DNA of 64,000 nt from an uncultured Acidimicrobiales bacterium (GTDB lineage: Bacteria > Actinomycetota > Acidimicrobiia > Acidimicrobiales > Aldehydirespiratoraceae). The notes below the pieces were generated by a model. It was not told the DNA's origin. It saw nothing but the letters and a program-made list of their open reading frames with translations, and ran no database searches. A program made the translations under genes and the position numbers. The DNA is taken from contig CAJQPN010000044.1 of the NCBI GenBank assembly GCA_905480195.1, forward strand, positions 12,162 through 76,161. Reading direction: 5' to 3'. Positions 57,788 through 64,000 of the stretch are shown one piece after another (the stretch's first letter is position 1; the number at the start of each line of letters is the position of its first letter).

Positions 57788-59356
57788 TCAGCCGGGGGTG
57801 GCAGCCCCACCGCTTTGTTCGGCCTCGGCATCCGCCAGTGCGGTGGTGGTTCGCAGTTCGAGTTCAGGCAGGAACCAGGCGATCACGCAGAACAGTGTGA
57901 TGACGGGGACGGCCGACCACATGATCAGGTTGGTGGCCACGGCGACGGCGTTTTCGACAGCCATGCGCAACGTCGGTTCGAGGGCCTGGATGTCTTGGGG
58001 GGTGGAGAGGAGTTCGTCGACATCGAGCGCACCCCGTTCGGTGGCATCGAGTCTGCCGAGTTCGTGGTTGATGGTCGAGGTGAGCAGCGCACCGAGGGCG
58101 CCGACGCCGATCGTCGAGCCGAGCGACCGGAAGAAGTTGATGGCGGCGGTACCGGCACCAAGGTCGACAAGCGTGAGGGAGTTCTGGGTCGCGGTGGTCA
58201 TCGTCGGATAGATGATGCCCATTGCAAATCCGGCGACGACGAGCCACGGAATGGCGTCGTAGATGGAACTGTCGACATCAAAGGTGGTGAAGCCGAGGTT
58301 TGTCAACAAGGTGAGTACCGGTGCGGTCAAGACGAGCCAGCGGTAGCGGCCCGTGTCGGAGATCACGCGGCCGGCGAACCACGATCCCACCGGGACACAA
58401 AGGGTGGAGGCGGCGAGGACGAGGCCGGCGGTGGTGGGCGCTTCGCCGAGTGATACCTGGAAGAACAGCGGAAGGAACGAAAAGGTCGCCATGCCGACGA
58501 CTCCGTACGTGAAGTTGCCCCAGGTGAGGATGGCGAAGGTGCGATTGCTGAAGAGTCGCATCGGCAGCACGGGTTCGGAGGCCCGGCTTTCCCACCAGAT
58601 GAACAGTGCGGTGGAGACAATCGACCAGCTGAGCAGGGCAAGGATGAACGGCGATGCCCAGCCGTAGGAGCCGTCGCCTCCACCAAGTGCAACGCCGAGG
58701 ACGAGGGTGGTCACCCCCGAGACGAGGATCGCAGATCCGGTCAGGTCGAGATTTCGGACTCGGGCCGGCAGCCGGAAGGTGAGGTTGGTGTGGATGATCG
58801 CGATGGTGATGAGCCCGAGCGGCACATTGACGAGGAAGATCCACCGCCAGCTGGCGACGTCTACGAACACGCCACCGATCACCGGCCCGGCAAGGGCGGA
58901 TGCAGCGAAGTTCATGGTGTAGTAGCCCATGTACCGGCCGCGTTCGCGGGGCGAGAAGATGTCGCCGATCACGATGAACCCCATCGCCATCAGCCCGCCG
59001 CCACCGATGCCTTGCAGTCCTCGTGACACGACGAGCTGCCACATGGTCTGGCTTGCCGCCGCCATTACCGAGGTGACGATGAAGATGGTGAGTGCCGCTT
59101 CGGTGAGTGCTCGCCGCCCGTAGATGTCGGACAGCTTTCCGTAGAGCGGCGTGGCTGCGACCGAACCGAGCAGGTAGGCGGTGAGTACCCATGGCAGCTG
59201 ATCGATCCCACCGAGTTCGCCCGCGATGGTGGGCAGAGCTGTAGAGACTGCGGTGCTGTCGAGTGACGACAGAAAGGTTGCTGTCATCATGCCGCCGAAG
59301 ATCAGAAAGGTTTGACGACGGTCGGGCAGGTTTGTCGGGGTGGCGGTCTCGGTGAT
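57788..59356 (-). CDS. DHA2 (EmrB/QacA-like) MFS efflux transporter
   Basis: LDSTAVSTALP, GKLSDIYGRR, RGLQGIGGGG, WRWIFLVNVP; first ATG is at 59290 but the frame is open to an ATC at 59356. Confidence 0.88.
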   Translation of the reverse strand: MTETATPTNLPDRRQTFLIFGGMMTATFLSSLDSTAVSTALPTIAGELGGIDQLPWVLTAYLLGSVAATPLYGKLSDIYGRRALTEAALTIFIVTSVMAAASQTMWQLVVSRGLQGIGGGGLMAMGFIVIGDIFSPRERGRYMGYYTMNFAASALAGPVIGGVFVDVASWRWIFLVNVPLGLITIAIIHTNLTFRLPARVRNLDLTGSAILVSGVTTLVLGVALGGGDGSYGWASPFILALLSWSIVSTALFIWWESRASEPVLPMRLFSNRTFAILTWGNFTYGVVGMATFSFLPLFFQVSLGEAPTTAGLVLAASTLCVPVGSWFAGRVISDTGRYRWLVLTAPVLTLLTNLGFTTFDVDSSIYDAIPWLVVAGFAMGIIYPTMTTATQNSLTLVDLGAGTAAINFFRSLGSTIGVGALGALLTSTINHELGRLDATERGALDVDELLSTPQDIQALEPTLRMAVENAVAVATNLIMWSAVPVITLFCVIAWFLPELELRTTTALADAEAEQSGGAATPG

Positions 59357-59431
59357 CGGGTGAGGCTACGCGGGGTTGCCACCGTGTACCGCTTCCATGA
59401 CGAGCATCTGCCATCAGCCGCTGCGTCGGGC

Positions 59432-60520
59432 TCACGGTGGGGTGAGTGTCCAGAGCCCGTCTGCCTTGCGCCCCACCTTCCATCGCTTGTCGTGGATCAG
59501 GTGGTGATGGTGAGAACAGACGAGAACGAGGTTGTCGATGTCGGTCGGGCCGCCGTTGCGAACCCATCGAACGTGGTGGGCTTCGCACCTTGCGGGGTCG
59601 GCGCCACAACCGACACAACCGCCGTCTCGGGTGATGAGGGCGCGCCATTGGGCGTCGGTGGCGAGTCGAACGCGAGTGCCCAGCCATAACGGCTCGCCGT
59701 CTTTGGAGAAGACGAGACCGTGAAGATCGGAGATGCATGCCAGGCGTGCGACCTCGGCCTTGGGCAGCGGTCCGACACGGGGGACGTGCGCTGATCCGTC
59801 GGTTTGCGCGACCACGATCATCTGGTTGCGCACCGCGGGTGGCCCGGCACGTTCGGAGCGGCGACCGAGAAGGAGAGAAGCGACAGCGTCGGCTCGCCGC
59901 TGTTGGGGCGTACGAACCTGTGTGGCGCCATCTCGTCCGCCGTCGGACCGGAACAACCGATCGGTCTCGGCATCGATCGCCGAGGTGATCTGGGCGAACG
60001 TGACGTCGTCGAATTCGGCGTGGAGCACACCCATGTCGTCGTGTGTCAACACGGCGCGCCGCAACGTTCGTTGGCGCTCGAGTCGGGCGGTGAGGTCTTG
60101 GTCGGCGGTGTGGCGCCGCACGAAGTCGGTGACGTGTCGGCGCATGGCGTCGGCCGGTTTCGCCTCGGCAACGGCGAGGAGGGCGCCGCCGGCAACGGCA
60201 TCGACCGATGTGCGTTCGGCCACCTTGGCGAGGACATCGACGTGTGCGCTGCGAATGGCGCCCGACTCGAGTGCGATGCCTACATTGGGCAGAGCCTTGA
60301 GAAGCTCACCGCGGGCCACGGCCTGGTCGGCTTCACGCTGGGTGCACCGGGTTGCCCCTCGCACCGACGATGCATCACCGAGGCGAGCTGCGCACTTCGC
60401 AACGAACGCGTCGAGTGCTCCCTGATGTTGTGCGGCCTCGGCGAGCCAGGCCCGAACCCGGCGCTCGGGAGCGTGGGTGATGTCGATCGACGCCAGCGAT
60501 GCAGACCAGTCCGTGAACAC
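59432..60520 (-). CDS. DUF222/13E12-type HNH endonuclease
   Basis: QRRADA, RLAC, RDGGCVGC..CEAHH..W..GGPTDIDNLVLVC..HH..IH. Confidence 0.9.
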   Translation of the reverse strand: MFTDWSASLASIDITHAPERRVRAWLAEAAQHQGALDAFVAKCAARLGDASSVRGATRCTQREADQAVARGELLKALPNVGIALESGAIRSAHVDVLAKVAERTSVDAVAGGALLAVAEAKPADAMRRHVTDFVRRHTADQDLTARLERQRTLRRAVLTHDDMGVLHAEFDDVTFAQITSAIDAETDRLFRSDGGRDGATQVRTPQQRRADAVASLLLGRRSERAGPPAVRNQMIVVAQTDGSAHVPRVGPLPKAEVARLACISDLHGLVFSKDGEPLWLGTRVRLATDAQWRALITRDGGCVGCGADPARCEAHHVRWVRNGGPTDIDNLVLVCSHHHHLIHDKRWKVGRKADGLWTLTPP

Positions 60521-60625
60521 GGCAGCCTCCCGATTGGAGAAAGGACGGATTCTGGACCAGGGCGTAAGAGGTGCCGGCCCCGATAAGCGGCGACCTCGTC
60601 ATCCTAGCATGGTCCACCATCAAAG

Positions 60626-60639
60626 CGAACACCTGTTCG
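60626..60639. promoter_or_regulatory. LexA (SOS) box
   Basis: CGAAC-ACCT-GTTCG matches the actinobacterial consensus core; lies at the -35 position of a minus-strand TAGGAT (60601-06) upstream of the HNH gene. Confidence 0.8.
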
Positions 60640-60648
60640 TACAACATC

Positions 60649-61515
60649 TCAATTGATCACGGCTTGCAGTTCCCGAACGATGACCGGCACGGCGATCGTC
60701 TCGCGGTGGATGGTCCACCAGTGCTCGACAGGCTGCAGGTTGGTCTGGCGGTACAGGTCCCATGTGGTGACGGCGATGATGTCGGCACGGAGTGGCTCGA
60801 AGCCGGGTTGGTCGCCGTTGGCGAGGAAGGTGTAGCTGCAGTCACTGGTCTGGGTGGCACCGTTGGCGGCGGACCAGACGAGCGTCATGTCGCTGGTTCG
60901 GTCGCACCGGACCGTGTCGCCATTGGGCATGGTGAAGACGACATCGCGCAGGTCGGGTCGAACCGACGCCCACACCGGGCCGGCTGCTGCCGACACCGAC
61001 GGGTAGTCGAGTCGGCCCGTCACGGCTAGCCAGGTCGGAATGCCGACGATCTGAACGGTCGACGGATTGGTGACCGGCGCAGGGTCCTCGAACACCATCG
61101 ACCGGTAGGCGAACAAAGCGATCTCTTCGGTCGACACCGCCGGACCCGTGATGACCGAGGGGTCGTGGATGACGAACGTCGGATAGCCGGGCAACAGGAC
61201 GTCATCGGCGAAGCAGCGCAGTTCGTAGAGCTGGCCCGGGCGCGGCTTCACCGGGTACGGGCTGGCCTCGGCGAACGAGCTTCCGTGCACCTCCCAGTAC
61301 TCGCAGCGCACCACCCGGCCCGGTCCGGCACCGGGCCCGTCGGTCAGACGACGGTCGAACACGTGGCCGGCGGTGACGTAGAACCCGTCGTCGGTCTTGC
61401 CGGTCCCGCCCTCTCCGATCATCGGGTCGCCGATGCCCGACTCGACGAGTACTTGGGCTCCGGCCGGCAGGGAGAGGGCGACCAACGCCGCAATGACTAG
61501 AACGCAGAATCGCAT
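60649..61515 (-). CDS. secreted hypothetical protein (actinobacterial family with PKD-like C-terminus)
   Basis: Signal peptide ending AGA-Q; VGIPTWLAV, MPNGDTVRC, CSYTF, VRELQAVI. Confidence 0.7.
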   Translation of the reverse strand: MRFCVLVIAALVALSLPAGAQVLVESGIGDPMIGEGGTGKTDDGFYVTAGHVFDRRLTDGPGAGPGRVVRCEYWEVHGSSFAEASPYPVKPRPGQLYELRCFADDVLLPGYPTFVIHDPSVITGPAVSTEEIALFAYRSMVFEDPAPVTNPSTVQIVGIPTWLAVTGRLDYPSVSAAAGPVWASVRPDLRDVVFTMPNGDTVRCDRTSDMTLVWSAANGATQTSDCSYTFLANGDQPGFEPLRADIIAVTTWDLYRQTNLQPVEHWWTIHRETIAVPVIVRELQAVIN

Positions 61516-62171
61516 TGGGCGGCCGTGTCGTGGCGTTCGATCAAGAGTGTGCGGATGACCCGCCACCCGTCGGGAGTCAACTCGACGAGATGCTGCAACC
61601 AGCCGAGCCGTAGGTCGTCGTCGAGGATCTCACCCGTCTCGACGTCGACGAGGAGGGTGTCGTCGAACACACAGAGGTTGACGATGGCGAGGCCGTCATT
61701 GAGGCCGACGAGTTCGGCACGGGTCACGAGTGGGTGTGGCTTGCCGCGGTAGCGATTGGCTTCCCCGGCATCGCGCTTCTGTGCTGCGGTGGCACGTAGC
61801 TCCTCGAGTCGGGCTCCGGCGGCGACCGTTTCCCACACGTCGTGATCAGGGTCGGGGGGATCCATGCCGTTGACGAGTGCGTGCCAATACAGGTCGATCA
61901 CCGCACGGATCTGGTCTTCGTCGCCCGGCGAGTCATTGCCTGGCGACTCGGTGCCGGTTGACGAGTCGGCGGTGGTGACTTCAGAACGGGTGGCGGTGGG
62001 TGCGTCGGCGAGGCCGGGCGCGGTGATGGTTGTTGTCGTGGGTTCCGTCACGGCACCGCCGTTTGGTGTGGCCCCGGCGTTGGCGACGCTGACCTCGGCG
62101 ATGCTGGCGTTGCTGCAGGTGGGCGCAGCCAGTGCTACTGCCAGGAGTCCAGGTGCCGCAATGCGCATCAC
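61497..62171 (-). CDS. secreted or lipoprotein-like hypothetical protein
   Basis: Hydrophobic N-terminus with Cys, T/S-rich linker, YW..PDPD..C..D..GWRV domain; overlaps the next gene. Confidence 0.65.
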   Translation of the reverse strand: MMRIAAPGLLAVALAAPTCSNASIAEVSVANAGATPNGGAVTEPTTTTITAPGLADAPTATRSEVTTADSSTGTESPGNDSPGDEDQIRAVIDLYWHALVNGMDPPDPDHDVWETVAAGARLEELRATAAQKRDAGEANRYRGKPHPLVTRAELVGLNDGLAIVNLCVFDDTLLVDVETGEILDDDLRLGWLQHLVELTPDGWRVIRTLLIERHDTAAQCDSAF

Positions 62172-62244
62172 AGTGCCTGAAAGTAAATGAAAGGCAGTTT
62201 ACATGCAACCCAGAGATGCAACGAGGGGGCGCCTCCGTTGGGTG

Positions 62245-64000
62245 TCAGCGCGGTGTCCAGGTTCCTCCTGCGGCGTCGACCGCTGCGGTGATCTCGGCCA
62301 GTTCTGCGAATGCAGCGTCGAGGGCATCGCGCAGCGGCGCAAACTCTGCTGCGGCTCGTGCTGCTGCGGCTCGCTGGGTCTGGGTCGGTGCGCCGGTCCG
62401 GTACAGGTGGAAGTGCCCGGCCCGGTCGGCGAGGCTCTTGACCGACTGGCTCGGCGGCTCGTTCAGATCGGCCAGTACCGGGTCGCCGGTGAGCTGGGTG
62501 GCGACGGCCTCGACCGACCGATGGCAGGCATCGAGGCGGCCGAAGTGCTCGGGTGATGTCCCCGGCGCCGCAGTGAGGGCGACCCGCAGGTGCGTGAACC
62601 GGTCCCGCAATGCGGTGATTTCTTTGCTGGCGCCGGCGATGCGGCGGCGCAGGTCGTCGACCTCGGCGCCGAACGCCGTACCATCGTCGCTGCCGGTCGG
62701 CGTGGCCACGTCGACAACCTCGACCGGCTCGGGGCCGGCGAGCAACTCGGCTTCACCGTCGGCCCGCAGCCGCACGAGCTCCACCGAATAGGTGCCGGCA
62801 GGGCACAGGGGGCCGACGGGGTCATCGACCCAGGGTTCGACGAACTCGGGTTTGGTCAAGTTGACCGGGTCGTGGGCAGGTCGGCGCAGGTCCCATGCCA
62901 CCCGGTGCAAGCCCGCAGCATGGGGTGCGTCGAGCCGCCGCACCACCGCACCGTCGGCGTCGCGCACCACGAGCTGCACGACCGGGGCAGTTTCCAACCG
63001 CTCCTGGGCGAGGGCAGCAAAGCCGGGGAACGGCACGTCGCCCTCGGCGTCTTTCTCTGCTGCCAGTCGTGCGGCCCGGGCCGTCTCGACGGCAGCCGAC
63101 AGGTGGTAGGTCACGACGGCGCCGAACGGTGGGTTGTCGGTGCGGAACGCCGTCGATCCGAGGGTTGGTTGCCCTTCGGCCTGCATCCGCTGGTGGGGCA
63201 CATACCGCCAGGCCTGGCGGATCGGGAACATCATGGCCGGTGCGGCCAGCGCCTCGGCCGACATGCCCCGCAGCGGCGAGTAGTCGTCCAGCACGTAGAA
63301 GCCGCGCCCGAACGTGGCGGCGACGAGGTCGTCGTCGCGGCGCTGGATGGCCAGGTCGCGCACGGCGATGGTCGGCATGGAGGGCGAGTCGCCCTGGCCC
63401 ATGCGGTGCCAGTGGTCGCCGCGGTCGAGCGAGACGTACAGCCCGTTCTCGGCGCCGATGAAGAGCAGTGCGGGGTCGATGTGGTCCTGCTCGATCTGCC
63501 ACACGATCACGCCGTCGGGCAGATCACCGCGGATCGAGCGCCAGGTCTCGCCGCCGTCGACCGTCTCGAACAGGTACGGCGTGTAGTCGCCGTTCTTGTG
63601 ATCGTCGGCCGCAACGAAGCAGGCACCGGATCGGTGCAGGCACGCTTCGACGTCGTTGATGAACGCCCGTTCCGCCAGGCCGGGCAGCTCGCCACACGCC
63701 GCCCATGTTTCTCCGCTGTCGGGGGAGTGCTGCACCAGCCCGTCGTCGGTGCCGACCCAGAGTTCGCCGTCGGCCACGGGCGACTCCGACACGTCGGTGA
63801 TGGTCGAATAGAACGACATGGCCATGTGGTCATAGAGGTCGTCGACCGACCACACCCGGTCGCCGGTCGCCAGCTCGAGGCGCGACAGGTCACGGGTCAG
63901 GTCGCTCGAGATCGCCGTCCACGAGTCGCCCCGGTCGTCGGAGCGCCACACCCGCTGTGAGGCGGTGTAGATGCGGCCCTCGGTGTGGGGTGAGCACAGG
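62245..64000 (-). CDS. VPS10/BNR-repeat beta-propeller protein (often labelled glycosyl hydrolase), 5' partial
   Basis: Asp-box repeats SDDRGDSW, SPDSGETW, TVDGGETW, SLDRGDHW; ATFGRG.YVLDD. Confidence 0.85.
   Translation of the reverse strand, partial: LCSPHTEGRIYTASQRVWRSDDRGDSWTAISSDLTRDLSRLELATGDRVWSVDDLYDHMAMSFYSTITDVSESPVADGELWVGTDDGLVQHSPDSGETWAACGELPGLAERAFINDVEACLHRSGACFVAADDHKNGDYTPYLFETVDGGETWRSIRGDLPDGVIVWQIEQDHIDPALLFIGAENGLYVSLDRGDHWHRMGQGDSPSMPTIAVRDLAIQRRDDDLVAATFGRGFYVLDDYSPLRGMSAEALAAPAMMFPIRQAWRYVPHQRMQAEGQPTLGSTAFRTDNPPFGAVVTYHLSAAVETARAARLAAEKDAEGDVPFPGFAALAQERLETAPVVQLVVRDADGAVVRRLDAPHAAGLHRVAWDLRRPAHDPVNLTKPEFVEPWVDDPVGPLCPAGTYSVELVRLRADGEAELLAGPEPVEVVDVATPTGSDDGTAFGAEVDDLRRRIAGASKEITALRDRFTHLRVALTAAPGTSPEHFGRLDACHRSVEAVATQLTGDPVLADLNEPPSQSVKSLADRAGHFHLYRTGAPTQTQRAAAARAAAEFAPLRDALDAAFAELAEITAAVDAAGGTWTPR

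Noticed and set aside
59432-60520. Calling the HNH gene a defined mobile element
   Set aside because: No terminal inverted repeats, target duplications or second copy are visible in this window.

Overview
High-GC chromosomal window with actinobacterial hallmarks: three F420-type LLM oxidoreductases, a WS/DGAT, a DUF222/13E12-type HNH gene, a CGAAC-N4-GTTCG SOS box and many apparently leaderless genes. The gene content suggests Acidimicrobiia (inference). It is mostly metabolic: a neutral-lipid synthesis cluster, an acyl-CoA ligase plus Liv-type ABC operon, a phenylacetate cluster (paaZABCDEK with convergent paaI-marR), a mod operon, many catabolic oxidoreductases and hydrolases, and several MFS transporters. 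I saw no rRNA, tRNA, CRISPR array, prophage or transposase. Best candidates for something new: (1) a two-gene hybrid transporter at 39563-44724, with a full MFS permease fused to a LivF-like ATPase and coupled to a LivH-LivM-LivG triple fusion, and no binding protein; (2) an unannotated, highly structured RNA of about 245 nt at ~30556-30800 with two six-cytosine loops, a candidate promoter and a 21-bp 3' hairpin (6C/Ms1-like). Also notable: a probable ATC-initiated leaderless MFS gene, a LexA box before the HNH gene, a BesD-like Fe/2OG enzyme, a DUF6356-Lrp module and two decayed gene relics. All family calls come from motif recognition by eye; no database searches were run.
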